A DNA stretch of 64,000 bases from a virus. A program made the translations under genes and the position numbers. The stretch lies in the IMG/VR virus record IMGVR_UViG_3300042482_000679; one strand, written 5' to 3'. The notes under the pieces are model-generated. The model saw only the letters and a list, made by a program, of their open reading frames with translations. It made no database searches and was not told the DNA's origin. Below are positions 19,601-29,640 of this stretch, one piece after another (position 1 is the stretch's first letter; every line of letters begins with the position of its first letter).

Positions 19601-21873
19601 AAATATTTTTTTCTTGTGTTGAATGTATTAATTCTCGCTCCCATAGGTATACTTGTTGAGTAAGCAAAGAATTTTCTTGGTACTAACTTCACATTTAACA
19701 CCTCATATTTAGAATCAGGTAATCTACTAACTTCAGACTCGGTTGATTTAAATTGATAAATTTCATTAACCTTCTCAACTCTAGTACCCATAGCTTGCGA
19801 AAAAGTTAATGCAACAACACCTTTGTTTGCTTCAGACAATTCTGTATCATCACCCGTTTGATATGGTAATGAACCCTCATTTATTTTTTCAAAATACAAT
19901 CCATTATTAGAAAATTGACTTAGTAATGAAAAAGGAACTGAACCATTATCATCTGAAGTATCACCAGGTTTACAATCACACGCAGTACAACCGGGGTATG
20001 TTATCATTGGTAATCTTATAGGACCAAATCTTTTTGATTTAAAATTTTGATAGTTTTGTATCAATCTTATACCTAAAATTAAAAGACCCGCTCCAACAGC
20101 CGCGGACAGAATCATTACACCTATCGCAGGAAAAGCCGCTCCTGCTTGAATAAAGAATGATACTGATAGATAAAAAATTAATCCGATTACAACAGGTGCT
20201 AATACCCCTGAAATTGCGTTCCAAAGAGACCCCAAAATATTCCATACTACGATTTGTATTGAACCGAATAGTTGGACTATTTGCATCAATATTGCAAATA
20301 AGAAATATATTGCATCAAAGTTTTTAAAACCTTCATTTACGGGAAATTTATTAACTGTTGACGCACATTCATCGTCATCAATTTCTTTAATACCAATAAA
20401 TTTTGCACGATTAGTCCCTCTCTTATATTGGTCAATTAAAGATGATACTGTGTAGACTTTATTAAAATCAAACTCATAAAAAGTATCTTCACAATTTATT
20501 GCCGCAGCCAGTTTCTGATTTTGTATACTTGCAGGAACCGCCTTGTTACCTGTATATCCCGACCATTCTAACCCAAAATAATATGAGCTTTGTAATTCAC
20601 TTTCAACTGCGGCTGAAGTGGTATTATATGTCGGGTCTTGGAAAGGATTACTCCACCCATACTCCCTCACATTTGGAACTAAATAATATGGTCTTCTAAC
20701 TTTTTCAGTTGCTTGAGGAGATTGTGCCCACTTAACTTTGAATCTATATTTTGCTTTAGTTGGTATTCCGACTGACGGGTCATTTGAAAAAATTCTGCTT
20801 CCGTCTTCAGCGGTTATCACGTAATTTAAATTCATTGGTAACTCAGTAACCCAAGTACCATCTTGGTCAATTACATTACCTGAATTTGGTAATCTATATT
20901 CTTCAAGTACAGGTCTACCTTGGTCATCTTGGAATATAGTTTGTCTCACAGATAATATCTGACCGGGTCCTGATGTTAAATTACAAAGATTGCCTAAATT
21001 GTCTTTTGGTTTACAAGCGGATTGAATCATTCCTGGAGGTCCATCGTTACCAAAGAAAGGCGCAGCAACTCTAAACTTATCTATAGTTGAAACCATAGAA
21101 CCAATAAAAACCGCTGTCGGTTCTATTTCAATATTTGCTTCTTGTCGTAAATCAAAATCAACTCTATTAACGGCAGCAAGACATTGATTTGGGTCACCCC
21201 AAAATGGACTAACGTCAATTACTTTCTGTAATGAAACTATTTGTGGTAATGTATCAATATCTGTAGATGAGTTGAATCTATCTCCCCCAACTTGAGCTTC
21301 AGTTGCCCTACCCATTCTTATAAGGTCTTGAGGTGTGAGTGAGAACTCTCCGATGTCACTCAAATCTAAATCCATCAATATTACTTGGTCTCCTGTAGGA
21401 ACACCAAAAATCATATAGTCACCACTTTCATTTGTGGTTACAGTATATTTGTAATATTTGTCATATAATTGAGCTGCGACAGGGTCTTTTAAAACATCTT
21501 CTCTTGTTGGGAATGTTCCTGTTGCGGCGTGTTTTACGTATTGAGGTTCATAAGGTAATAGATTATACCTATACCCATCAACGTTTTTATCGTTTGGTGT
21601 CGCGTATGAATAAATTTCATAAATTTGGTCATTCACAACATCTTCTTGTGTGACAGGAATGAAAATTGATACTTTAGCGTTTGCTAATCCTAAACCACCA
21701 TTGGCAATAACTCTACCCACAATAACTCCGTATTGTGAGCAGTCTCGACTATAAACGTCATTTTGTGAAATCTGTAATGATAAGATTTCTAAAAAATCAA
21801 AATCTTGTTCTAATTCTAAGGTGATATGTTTATCGACCCCAACTTCTGTTTTTATCCTATATGACTTTCCCAT
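16654..21873 (-). CDS. Large baseplate/tail-associated protein with an internal hydrophobic segment
   Basis: 1739 aa. N-terminal GRV...LANAKVSIF...TNESGDYMIFGVP is a carboxypeptidase-regulatory/transthyretin-like beta sandwich. Has an approximately 85-aa hydrophobic stretch. Follows the gp6-like gene. Confidence 0.7.
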   Translation of the reverse strand: MGKSYRIKTEVGVDKHITLELEQDFDFLEILSLQISQNDVYSRDCSQYGVIVGRVIANGGLGLANAKVSIFIPVTQEDVVNDQIYEIYSYATPNDKNVDGYRYNLLPYEPQYVKHAATGTFPTREDVLKDPVAAQLYDKYYKYTVTTNESGDYMIFGVPTGDQVILMDLDLSDIGEFSLTPQDLIRMGRATEAQVGGDRFNSSTDIDTLPQIVSLQKVIDVSPFWGDPNQCLAAVNRVDFDLRQEANIEIEPTAVFIGSMVSTIDKFRVAAPFFGNDGPPGMIQSACKPKDNLGNLCNLTSGPGQILSVRQTIFQDDQGRPVLEEYRLPNSGNVIDQDGTWVTELPMNLNYVITAEDGSRIFSNDPSVGIPTKAKYRFKVKWAQSPQATEKVRRPYYLVPNVREYGWSNPFQDPTYNTTSAAVESELQSSYYFGLEWSGYTGNKAVPASIQNQKLAAAINCEDTFYEFDFNKVYTVSSLIDQYKRGTNRAKFIGIKEIDDDECASTVNKFPVNEGFKNFDAIYFLFAILMQIVQLFGSIQIVVWNILGSLWNAISGVLAPVVIGLIFYLSVSFFIQAGAAFPAIGVMILSAAVGAGLLILGIRLIQNYQNFKSKRFGPIRLPMITYPGCTACDCKPGDTSDDNGSVPFSLLSQFSNNGLYFEKINEGSLPYQTGDDTELSEANKGVVALTFSQAMGTRVEKVNEIYQFKSTESEVSRLPDSKYEVLNVKLVPRKFFAYSTSIPMGARINTFNTRKKYFDDINKMSVSFNYTGNTGVNHYDNSLTIVTSTNFETGTLLTFVNPQSSKDVNYLYTGETFDGAYITGISGETLFPSAGPIQIDYATGQFTNSSVTYYLNTGSTETNYKYPMDIEYYQVITAITMSEAFNLSASQGCSTCQTYTITTIEPYTNAPTSTTINYIDCNNTPQTVSLGPTVDDGFGRYDPISMDICACQPPTIDQGSITVVGNCPPPISYGGFVEMLDSSTIIKYNARNLLAWPGNSDGSDLSTKTLKTRDVFSDFDNQYVLILQRGVDPYSPKYTNKYGVGKILGFPNENDIIITGETRINVPIQALNSSSTISVQNHSNQTEIFIPSKFFRAGNDFSGFTSENVGYYSSLDKSTNFGTYFYGPNASSNFSFVTGFFNRPTLSGAQSLTTNSVNNSYSSTPNWARYDNSEDLSGGDYYYTISSEKPNNTSSLYLSFSLLPKFTGTSFNNNIQSKFYNVMRTDRLPSSDYLDGSSWDSIVPVLQQNNGFAIYVLNTDSEDFTTENFSTGFETVEPDIQDLPASTNVLESFDCANMVSLSCYENQGTTFSINPNCPATDVVERGCYVIMPDGPKINGAAIRKDLLAFKEWGLRFRFFYALCRGVLAQTFTNNWINGTLFTVPIQTRPIFNSDNTLDEILYCKEFVYYDKSSANFYMRSSPYSATINRFIGKIPTPLNETGSLNTRNLLFPTTVINLGPKDFIYAELSLEPSMRGYVINQITPSSYGDTSDLVNLFVVSRISNSEYLSKLLTLGNPNGVVNQLFSREERRVDGDLAQLMSINSEFGVVKFSPDAYESTGNTSTSEIQILGAPGSKSVMAVFFSSTTEDLQYKDFITPGRINFRPNPTANAYQYVYGIKSQTVPFYQWRTTTFGGSNTIFGGENNNWATDGSNIQQYKYQSLSRTNPVSPTYFLGSNALTNDLYARGYIYNVDNNGLLSLNAGNYPRTFLVGAPNHFYFGLINGASALDKFKEKYLADE

Positions 21874-21886
21874 TCAGGTTTTATTG

Positions 21887-21893
21887 ATAAATA
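21887..21893 (-). promoter_or_regulatory. TATTTAT motif (putative late promoter)
   Basis: 13 nt upstream of ATG 21873. Confidence 0.55.
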
Positions 21894-21966
21894 GTTATTT
21901 TGGAATTTTGAAAAGGAATTCCACACGTATTTAAAAAATAACCTAAACGTAAATTAAATAAACAAG

Positions 21967-23805
21967 TTAAGAGAAGGAAACATTTTGGAAATTCTTAACA
22001 CGAACCTTAATATCTTTTTGTGGGTATCTAATTTGATACACTTGGTTAGGTTCTGCAAATATGGTATCATCTACAGGTCTGATAATTTTTAACTCAGGGT
22101 CAGCATATGCCATCGAAGTTTGTGATGATGAATACTGTGCACCAACTTTGTTTTCAACTATTATTTCAGTTACCGTAATAACACCATTTTGGTTTTGAAT
22201 AATACTTTTTAATTCTGATAGATATACATTCTGACCAAGTTGTCTTACTTGAGGGTTAAAGTAATCTCCAATTTTATTAACAACATCGGTAACAATTTGA
22301 CCTGAGTTTTGAGACGCGTCTAATACAACAAAAACCTCCACAGCCAAATCTATAACTTCGGCAGAACCAACAACTACATAATCATTCATCATTCGATAGT
22401 TTGATAAATAAGTTGCAACATTTTGTCGTAAAGTATTTGATACGAGTGGTGTTAATTTTCCTGAAGTATCATAAGACAATAAGTTAATTTGTATTTTGTT
22501 ATTGTTTTCAGTGATTGATACTTTTGCCGGTGCACCAAACTGACTTGGCATTGTTCTTAAAATTGCTTCGTAGTCATTTACAGTAACCGCTCTTTTTTGT
22601 GCTGCAAAGTTATATGTAACATAGTTTCTAACTTCTTCAACATTTGGCGCATTAGCACCTCCAATAGCCGCTATCGGGTTGGTACATCTTAATGAATTAA
22701 TCACACTACTGTTGGTTTGTTGTGAAGGACCATTAACAAAGAATGATACCGTTCCAACTTGGTTAATAACATTAACCCCCAAGTTAGTTGCAAGTCCACC
22801 ACCAACTCTATACTGAACAAATAAGGTCGTATTAGGAACTAATGTTGAACCTAATGAAAAGTTATTTGATAAAGTTTGTAGGTTAACTGGGACACCTAAA
22901 TTGGTAAAGGCATTTAATTGGTCTTGTGCTGAGGTTGTTCCACCACCAAAGGTCATCTTACAGAAACCTTCAGGTGTAAATTCAGAAATGAATTTGTTAT
23001 TAGTTTGTAGATACCTACCTACTTTAATACCCGGGTCGTCTGAAACTTTAGTTGGGTCTTCGATGAAGATTCTATCTTCAGCCAAAGCATCCACCTCATA
23101 CCATCTATTCGCTAAACCTAAAAATTCCGCAGCTGTTGGTGTGTTTGTATAGTTTGTACCATTTTTCAATAATACACTTGTAATACCTAAAACATTCTTA
23201 TCAGGTAAGAATAATTCATAGAACGGTTTTACATCGGCAGGTCCAATAACTTTTTTGAAAACTTTTGTTAATCCATTAACAACTTGTTCTCTTTTAGTAA
23301 TCGTATAGTTAATCAAGTTTCCATTAGCGTCAAAGTTTGGAATCTTGAGTCTATTAGGAAATCCTTGTGAGTTGTATGGTGAAGCGAAATCAATCTCGTA
23401 TTGGTTTTCAAAAACAATACCCGCACCAAAAACTTGGGACCCTCTGTTTAGAATACCCAAATATCTTTCATCTTCTTTGTCACCATATGCTGGTACAGTA
23501 ATTGAGAAATCAACAACTGACACTGAAGGTCTTTGACCTGGAACTTTTAAACCATATGTTCTGGCAATGTTATAAATTGATGAACGTTGTTGTGCATATT
23601 GTAATACAGTTTCTTGTATGCTTCTATCAATATGGTAATGTAGGTTATCGGCAACCGCAGCATTCAAATCTAAGAATACTGAAAATACTGACGCGTCGTT
23701 GAAATCCTGTATTAATTCAGGATAATATGTTCTAACATAATTTTGTAACTCCAGTCTTATACTTTCGTAATCCCTTGAAGTGTATGAGATTTTATTATTT
23801 GCCAT
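21967..23805 (-). CDS. Baseplate wedge subunit (T4 gp6 / baseplate J-like)
   Basis: YTSRDYESIR..., DNLHYHID, YRVGGG, GGAN...EEVR, QKRAVTVNDY motifs. Confidence 0.85.
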   Translation of the reverse strand: MANNKISYTSRDYESIRLELQNYVRTYYPELIQDFNDASVFSVFLDLNAAVADNLHYHIDRSIQETVLQYAQQRSSIYNIARTYGLKVPGQRPSVSVVDFSITVPAYGDKEDERYLGILNRGSQVFGAGIVFENQYEIDFASPYNSQGFPNRLKIPNFDANGNLINYTITKREQVVNGLTKVFKKVIGPADVKPFYELFLPDKNVLGITSVLLKNGTNYTNTPTAAEFLGLANRWYEVDALAEDRIFIEDPTKVSDDPGIKVGRYLQTNNKFISEFTPEGFCKMTFGGGTTSAQDQLNAFTNLGVPVNLQTLSNNFSLGSTLVPNTTLFVQYRVGGGLATNLGVNVINQVGTVSFFVNGPSQQTNSSVINSLRCTNPIAAIGGANAPNVEEVRNYVTYNFAAQKRAVTVNDYEAILRTMPSQFGAPAKVSITENNNKIQINLLSYDTSGKLTPLVSNTLRQNVATYLSNYRMMNDYVVVGSAEVIDLAVEVFVVLDASQNSGQIVTDVVNKIGDYFNPQVRQLGQNVYLSELKSIIQNQNGVITVTEIIVENKVGAQYSSSQTSMAYADPELKIIRPVDDTIFAEPNQVYQIRYPQKDIKVRVKNFQNVSFS

Positions 23806-23811
23806 CTATTC

Positions 23812-24282
23812 TTAAATATTGATAATCACAAAATCACTTTGTGCAAATGCCGTATTATCTACTGCATAATCTATTTTAACTTTTGCGGTATATTCTGATG
23901 TTCCTTTACCAGGTACTTTATAAACGTATTCGTTAGATTGCATTGGTAAATTTTCTCCTCGGGCATATTCAACTTCAACTGTAGGGTCCGCAGGTTCAAT
24001 TGAAATATTGTTTATAATTAGGTTCGGCATAAATTGACTAACCGCATCCCTTATGTCTGCCTCAATAGCATCAAAGGTTAAACCATCAAAAGGTTCAAAA
24101 ATAAACTCATATATTCTAGTCCCAAAAGTTGGTAAGTAATACCTTGAACCCTTTCTTGTTAGAATCAAATGCAATAAATCTGAACGTATCTGATTATACT
24201 GCGTCTCTGTCAACAAAAGGTAATCACCCTGAGTTGAGTTTTCAAAAGGGAAATTCAATCCATATGTTAAACCTTCAGCCAT
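23812..24282 (-). CDS. Baseplate wedge / sheath initiator (T4 gp25-like)
   Basis: IRSDLLHLILTRKGSRYYLPTFGTRIYEFIFEP is the gp25/GPW signature. Confidence 0.85.
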   Translation of the reverse strand: MAEGLTYGLNFPFENSTQGDYLLLTETQYNQIRSDLLHLILTRKGSRYYLPTFGTRIYEFIFEPFDGLTFDAIEADIRDAVSQFMPNLIINNISIEPADPTVEVEYARGENLPMQSNEYVYKVPGKGTSEYTAKVKIDYAVDNTAFAQSDFVIINI

Positions 24283-24312
24283 TCTATACTAATATAAATT
24301 GTAATTATTTCT

Positions 24313-24320
24313 TATAAATA
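24313..24320 (-). promoter_or_regulatory. TATTTATA motif (putative late promoter)
   Basis: About 31 nt upstream of ATG 24282, just after the nrdA terminator. Confidence 0.55.
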
Positions 24321-24330
24321 CCTATAAAAT

Positions 24331-24357
24331 AAAAAATCCCGACATAGTGTCGGGATT
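24331..24357 (-). terminator. Intrinsic terminator after nrdA
   Basis: AATCCCGACA-CTA-TGTCGGGATT perfect 10-bp stem followed by a T-tract on the minus strand. Confidence 0.85.
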
Positions 24358-24367
24358 AGTGTCTCGA

Positions 24368-26803
24368 TTAAGATGAACAACCAAAACATTCAAATTCACT
24401 ATTCTCAGGTTTTGGTGGTAGATTCATATTCGAATAATCTACTTTTGGTGTTTCGGGTGTCGCAACCTTTGGTTTTTGAATTTTAGAAATGTCAACCGCC
24501 AAATGTTTAGCCCCCGTAGAAATCGCCTTTGTTCTTACATAGTAACACAAAGTTTTCAAACCTTTCCTCCAAGAGTGGAAATGTGATGATGTGATTTTTG
24601 ATAGAGTTGGGTTACCCATATAAATGTTCATTGATTGTGATTGGTCAATAAACGGACCTCTATCAGCCGCCATATCAATCAACTCTCTTTGTGAAATTTC
24701 CCAAATGGTTTTATATTTTGGAATGAGGTGTTCGATTCTCTTAACCTTTTTGTTATAACTTTTCTCCTCAGGGTCCAAGTAATTGTTAAAGTTAATGTTT
24801 TGAATAGAACCTTCGTTCAAGATAATTTCATTCTTCAACTCTTCACACCAAATACCAATTTTTTCAAAATCACTAATAAGATACTTGTTTACAATCATAA
24901 TCTCACCGCCAACAACTCTTCTATTAAAGATTGCCGAGTGAGCTGGTTCTGTCATTTCATATGAACCTGTAATCTTAGCCGAAGATGCTACAGGCATCTG
25001 AGCAGTAAACAATGAATTACAAACACCCCATTTTGCAACATCATCCTTTAATCCGTTCCAATCCCAAAATCCTGAAAGTTCTTCTTCTTTAAGACCCCAC
25101 ATATCAAACTGAAATACTCCTTGTGACATTGGTGAACCTTCAAAAAACTTATATGGCTGGTACTGACCTGTTCTACACAATTCATTACTTTCACTAATAG
25201 CAGCGTAATAGATTGTTTCAAAAATATCTTTATTTAATTGACGTGCTTCCTCTGACGTGAAAATATAATCTAACAAGTAGAATACGTCTGCCAAACCTTG
25301 AGTTCCAATTGCAATTGCTCTCTGTTCCATTCCACCTTTTCTACCTTGTTCAGTTGAATAGTTATTAATGTCAACAACTTTGTTTAGAGCTCTAACAACT
25401 TTTCTTGTTTCATCGTGAAGAAGTCTCAAATCAAACTTACCATCTTTAATGAAATTCTTAAGAACCATAGAAGACAAGGTACAAATTGCCGTTGTGTCCT
25501 CATCAGTGTATTGGTAAATCTCATTACACAAATTAGATTGTTTTACAACACCAATGTTTTGGTGATTTGTTTTGTTGTTTGCATTGTCTTTAGAAGACAA
25601 ATATGGAACACCCGTCTCAATTTGTGACTCAACAATTTTAGACCAAATTGTTTGTGCCGATACTTTCTTACCCAAACCTAAAGCAACTGCTTTGTTGTAG
25701 TTGTCTTCATATTCTTGACCATAACATTCTTGTAATGGTTTGACACCCGCCTTTAGAATATCATTAGGACAGAACAAATACCAGTCACCATTTGTTTCAA
25801 CCGCTCTCATAAAATTATCAGGAATCCAAAGAGCGGTAAATAAATCACGAGCTCTTAATTCTTCAGCACCTGTGTTCTTCTTGATTTCTAACAAATCAAT
25901 AATGTCTTTGTGCCAAGGTTCAATATAAATTGCCGCGCTACCAGGTCTACGACCTTGTTGATTAAAATATCGTAATGATTCGTTAACAATCTTAAGATAC
26001 TTTAATAGACCGCCTGCATATCCACCTGAAGAACTGATACGACTTTCTTTACTTCTAATGTTTGACATACACAAACCAATACCAGCAGCGTCTGAAGAGT
26101 ATGTTGAGATGTCGTTTAACGTTCCTAACAAACCATCTCGTGAGTCGCTATTATTATAATGTAACACACAAGAAGCCAACTGAGGTGTTTTAGTTCCTGA
26201 GTTAATCATAATTGGTGTTGCTGGTGAGATTAACTGATTTGAAAGTGAGTTGTAGTATTCAACCGCTTCTTCAAATGTTCTTGTAACCCACAATGCAACT
26301 CTCATATACATATGTTGTGGTCTTTCTACAACTTTACCTTCAGGTGTTTTCAATAGATACATTTCTTGGAGAGACCTCCAAGCAAAATAATCAAAATTGT
26401 AATCATTCTCGTGTTTAATAACATCATCAATGTTCTTATCACCATACTTGTCAATAATCTTGATTAACGCATCATTAACCACACCACTGTTATTTAACAT
26501 TCTCATAGTTTCTGAAAAACTATCAGAAGTCTCTTTGTGGTATGAAGAGATTGCAACTGAAGATGCAAGTCTTGAGTAATCGTGGTGACTACCTGTGTAT
26601 GAGGCAGCAATCTCATAAACCAACTTATCAAGCTCTTTAGTTGTAATATTGCCTTCAGTTGGTACTGAAGTTATAACTTTAATGAAAATTTCATCAGAGT
26701 TTACATTGAGACCTTTAGCAGAACGTTTAATTCTTAGATATATCTTCTGAGGATTAAACGAAGCATCGTCTCCATTTCTTTTTTGGATTTTTAGTGACAT
26801 CAT
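24368..26803 (-). CDS. nrdA: Class Ia ribonucleotide reductase alpha subunit
   Basis: N-terminal ATP cone, SPATP, QLASC, SNLCNEI active-site loop, KTLCYY, C-terminal CxxC. Confidence 0.97.
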   Translation of the reverse strand: MMSLKIQKRNGDDASFNPQKIYLRIKRSAKGLNVNSDEIFIKVITSVPTEGNITTKELDKLVYEIAASYTGSHHDYSRLASSVAISSYHKETSDSFSETMRMLNNSGVVNDALIKIIDKYGDKNIDDVIKHENDYNFDYFAWRSLQEMYLLKTPEGKVVERPQHMYMRVALWVTRTFEEAVEYYNSLSNQLISPATPIMINSGTKTPQLASCVLHYNNSDSRDGLLGTLNDISTYSSDAAGIGLCMSNIRSKESRISSSGGYAGGLLKYLKIVNESLRYFNQQGRRPGSAAIYIEPWHKDIIDLLEIKKNTGAEELRARDLFTALWIPDNFMRAVETNGDWYLFCPNDILKAGVKPLQECYGQEYEDNYNKAVALGLGKKVSAQTIWSKIVESQIETGVPYLSSKDNANNKTNHQNIGVVKQSNLCNEIYQYTDEDTTAICTLSSMVLKNFIKDGKFDLRLLHDETRKVVRALNKVVDINNYSTEQGRKGGMEQRAIAIGTQGLADVFYLLDYIFTSEEARQLNKDIFETIYYAAISESNELCRTGQYQPYKFFEGSPMSQGVFQFDMWGLKEEELSGFWDWNGLKDDVAKWGVCNSLFTAQMPVASSAKITGSYEMTEPAHSAIFNRRVVGGEIMIVNKYLISDFEKIGIWCEELKNEIILNEGSIQNINFNNYLDPEEKSYNKKVKRIEHLIPKYKTIWEISQRELIDMAADRGPFIDQSQSMNIYMGNPTLSKITSSHFHSWRKGLKTLCYYVRTKAISTGAKHLAVDISKIQKPKVATPETPKVDYSNMNLPPKPENSEFECFGCSS

Positions 26804-26819
26804 AATTCTACAAATTTAA

Positions 26820-27767
26820 TTAAAAATCGTCAGTAAACGAAATTGTTTCATTTAATTTAGCTTTTTGGTACTCCACAGTTCGTGATTCGAAGAAGTTACC
26901 TTTTGTTTCAACAGCAATCTGTTCCATAAATTTAAAAGGTTGTTCAACATTAAACTCCTTCTTACATCCTAATTTAACCAATAAACCATCAACAACAAAC
27001 TCAAGATATTGTTTCATAAGATTTGAATTCATACCAATTAATGAAACAGGTAGTGATTCAGTAATAAACTCTTTTTCAATCTCAAGAGCCGACAATAAAA
27101 TCTCTTTAATTCTTTTTTCACTTGGTTTGTTTTCTACGTGATTATTCAACAAGTGAATTGCGAAATCACAATGTAGGTTTTCGTCTTTAAAAATCAAAGC
27201 ATTTGCATTACATAAACCTTGCATAATACCTCTTGATTTCAACCAAAAAATAGAACAAAATGAACCTGAAAAGAAAATACCTTCAACCGCCGCAAACGCA
27301 ACAAGTCTTTCTTGGAAAGAAGCATTTTTAATCCAATTCAACGCCCAATTAGCCTTTTTCTGAACTGCAGGTAATCTATCAATAGCGTTGAAACACTCAT
27401 CTTTTTCATCAGGACTTGATACGTATGTATCAATCAATAATGAATACATTAAGGAGTGAATGTTCTCCATCATAATTTGAAAACCGTAAAAGAATTTTGC
27501 TTCAGGGTACTGAACTTCTTTAATAAAGTTTTCCGCCAAGTTTTCATTTACGATTCCATCAGAAGCCGCAAAGAACGATAAAATATTTTTAATAAAGTAT
27601 TGTTCATTCTCTGAAAGGTTCTCCCAATCTCGTATATCGTTTGACAAGTCAACTTCCTCAGCAGTCCAAAAAGCTGCTTGGTGTTGTTTGTAATACTCCC
27701 AAATATCATTATACTGAATTGGGAAAATAACAAATCTGTTAGGGTTTTCTATTAATATCTTTTCCAT
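26820..27767 (-). CDS. nrdB: Class Ia ribonucleotide reductase beta subunit
   Basis: [39 protein letters not shown] motifs. Confidence 0.97.
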   Translation of the reverse strand: MEKILIENPNRFVIFPIQYNDIWEYYKQHQAAFWTAEEVDLSNDIRDWENLSENEQYFIKNILSFFAASDGIVNENLAENFIKEVQYPEAKFFYGFQIMMENIHSLMYSLLIDTYVSSPDEKDECFNAIDRLPAVQKKANWALNWIKNASFQERLVAFAAVEGIFFSGSFCSIFWLKSRGIMQGLCNANALIFKDENLHCDFAIHLLNNHVENKPSEKRIKEILLSALEIEKEFITESLPVSLIGMNSNLMKQYLEFVVDGLLVKLGCKKEFNVEQPFKFMEQIAVETKGNFFESRTVEYQKAKLNETISFTDDF

Positions 27768-27775
27768 AATTTAAA

Positions 27776-29155
27776 TTAAGCTTGTTTTTGTTGTTCTCTT
27801 TGTTTTCTCTTGTCCAAGAGTTCTTTAACTCTGTCTTTTCTCTTTTCTTCTTGTTGTTCTTCAAATCCTAAGAATGTTGTTGAAGACTCAGTGTCAATAA
27901 TAATCAATTCATTATCGAACTTACAATTTTCAAACACAATACCGTCAGAACCAATTCTTGACTTTGTGATTGCAATTGTTGCTAATTTCATTTCTTTTTG
28001 TTGTAATGTCTTCGCAACTGATATAATCACGTGACCTACTTGTGCCTTCTTGATTGACCCACCCATTTGGTCTGTAGTTACAACTTCAGAAGATATTGAT
28101 GAACGGTTACCTTGAGTTGCGGTCCAACCAGCAATATTCATTTCGTGACACATTGCCTCAAAGTGTCTCATAACCGAACCTTCAGCCTTCCACTCATCAT
28201 TTCTAAGATTGTCAGGAACAACACAGTCAATGTAATCCAAAGTAACCATATCAATCTTAGTACCATCAGCAACCATCTTACGAATTTGATTTTTAATCTG
28301 ATTCATAGTCATAGTATCTGAAGGTAACTTCTTCAATATTAGTTTGTTTGGCATTGAGTTCTGTACTTCTTGTACCTTTTCAATAACCTCATCTTTTCTT
28401 GTTGCGAGATTATCAGGTTCAATACCAGTCCAAATGGTAAAATGTTTTCTCTGAATAATTTTTGGGTTATCCTCGAAGAATATTTGAAGTACGTTGTATC
28501 CCATATTGAATGCACTGTTTGCAATTTTGGTAAGAATAGTTGTCTTACCAACACCTGTAGGTGCTAAGATAACACCAATTTCTCCTTTTGCCAAACCTCC
28601 TTTTAACAATCTGTCAATACCAGGTATTCCAATAGGAATTGGGTGTCTAAAATCATCATTTAAGACATCATCTAAACCAGAGAAAATTTCAATGACACCA
28701 GTCTCTCTTTCACCCACTTGTAAAGCTTGTCTAACCAAACCTTCAACTTTATCATACGATTCGAAGTCCCCCTCGTTGATAATCTTTTGGGCTTTATTCA
28801 TTACCTTCTGTAACTCTTGTTGTTTACAGAATTTTAACGCCTTTTCTTGTACAAACACAGCACCTTCAAATGGTGCCTCTTGGACTTTTTTCAAAGTATC
28901 CAAGAGGATTTTTAATACCATTTCTACTGAAGTTTCCGCCTTAGCGATTTGTTCAAGAGTTTCAAAAGATGGTGTAGACTGGTATTTGGCATAATACTCT
29001 CTAACCATCGTAATGATAAGTTTAAAGTAATTGTTATCAAAATAGGTGGGCTCTATCACATCCACAATGGACTGTGCGAATTCTTTGTCTACGATAATTT
29101 GGTTGAGTAATTGTATTTGAAACGTGTTTCCTAGATATTCGAAATTCTTATTCAT
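27776..29155 (-). CDS. Replicative DnaB-family helicase (T4 gp41-like)
   Basis: Walker A APTGVGKT, LDYID, WTATQGNR, KSR. Confidence 0.92.
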   Translation of the reverse strand: MNKNFEYLGNTFQIQLLNQIIVDKEFAQSIVDVIEPTYFDNNYFKLIITMVREYYAKYQSTPSFETLEQIAKAETSVEMVLKILLDTLKKVQEAPFEGAVFVQEKALKFCKQQELQKVMNKAQKIINEGDFESYDKVEGLVRQALQVGERETGVIEIFSGLDDVLNDDFRHPIPIGIPGIDRLLKGGLAKGEIGVILAPTGVGKTTILTKIANSAFNMGYNVLQIFFEDNPKIIQRKHFTIWTGIEPDNLATRKDEVIEKVQEVQNSMPNKLILKKLPSDTMTMNQIKNQIRKMVADGTKIDMVTLDYIDCVVPDNLRNDEWKAEGSVMRHFEAMCHEMNIAGWTATQGNRSSISSEVVTTDQMGGSIKKAQVGHVIISVAKTLQQKEMKLATIAITKSRIGSDGIVFENCKFDNELIIIDTESSTTFLGFEEQQEEKRKDRVKELLDKRKQREQQKQA

Positions 29156-29174
29156 ATAGAGCTTTAGAGTATTG

Positions 29175-29181
29175 ATAAATA
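29175..29181 (-). promoter_or_regulatory. TATTTAT motif
   Basis: 19 nt upstream of the helicase ATG; the only copy I found in front of a replication gene. Confidence 0.45.
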
Positions 29182-29634
29182 TTACTTACTTAGGTCATAA
29201 CCCGCGTAATTGTATGTTAAATTTTCAACGGAAAATAATTCTGTAAAGTTACGAAGAAATTCCTTCAGGAAAGGTCTAACATCGACAGTGTAACGGATTT
29301 TTGGTGGGAAAAGTTTTCCATCAAAAATTCTGTGAAGTAATACATTGTCACCCAATTTTAAGAAAATGTTAAAGTTTTCCGCATCGTCGGTGTTTGACGT
29401 ATTTAGGATTTCAGGGTCTTCAGCAATCGCATCTTGATTGTCCATCATATACGTTACTGTTTTCATCTTCAAATCATATTGAAGGGTTTCTTGAACGTAT
29501 TTTAACATCTCAAGTGTCTGTACTGAACGATGTGCACTTGGGTTATAATTACGAACATTAAAGAATCTTTGAACAACAATGTTGTCGTTCAATGTTAGGA
29601 GGAGCTCCAATTTAACTACTTGTTCTTCTTTCAT
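29182..29634 (-). CDS. Hypothetical protein
   Basis: 150-aa ORF tightly packed in the replication operon with an A-rich start context. Confidence 0.75.
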   Translation of the reverse strand: MKEEQVVKLELLLTLNDNIVVQRFFNVRNYNPSAHRSVQTLEMLKYVQETLQYDLKMKTVTYMMDNQDAIAEDPEILNTSNTDDAENFNIFLKLGDNVLLHRIFDGKLFPPKIRYTVDVRPFLKEFLRNFTELFSVENLTYNYAGYDLSK

Positions 29635-29640
29635 AAAAAA

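Noticed and set aside
26811-26818. TAAATTTG (-7-like element) upstream of nrdA
   Set aside because: There is no matching -33 element and it is only 7 nt from the start codon, so it may be chance.
24368-29155. Inteins or introns in nrdA, nrdB or helicase (polymerase also checked)
   Set aside because: Lengths are ordinary and motifs are contiguous. I saw no splice-junction or homing endonuclease motifs.
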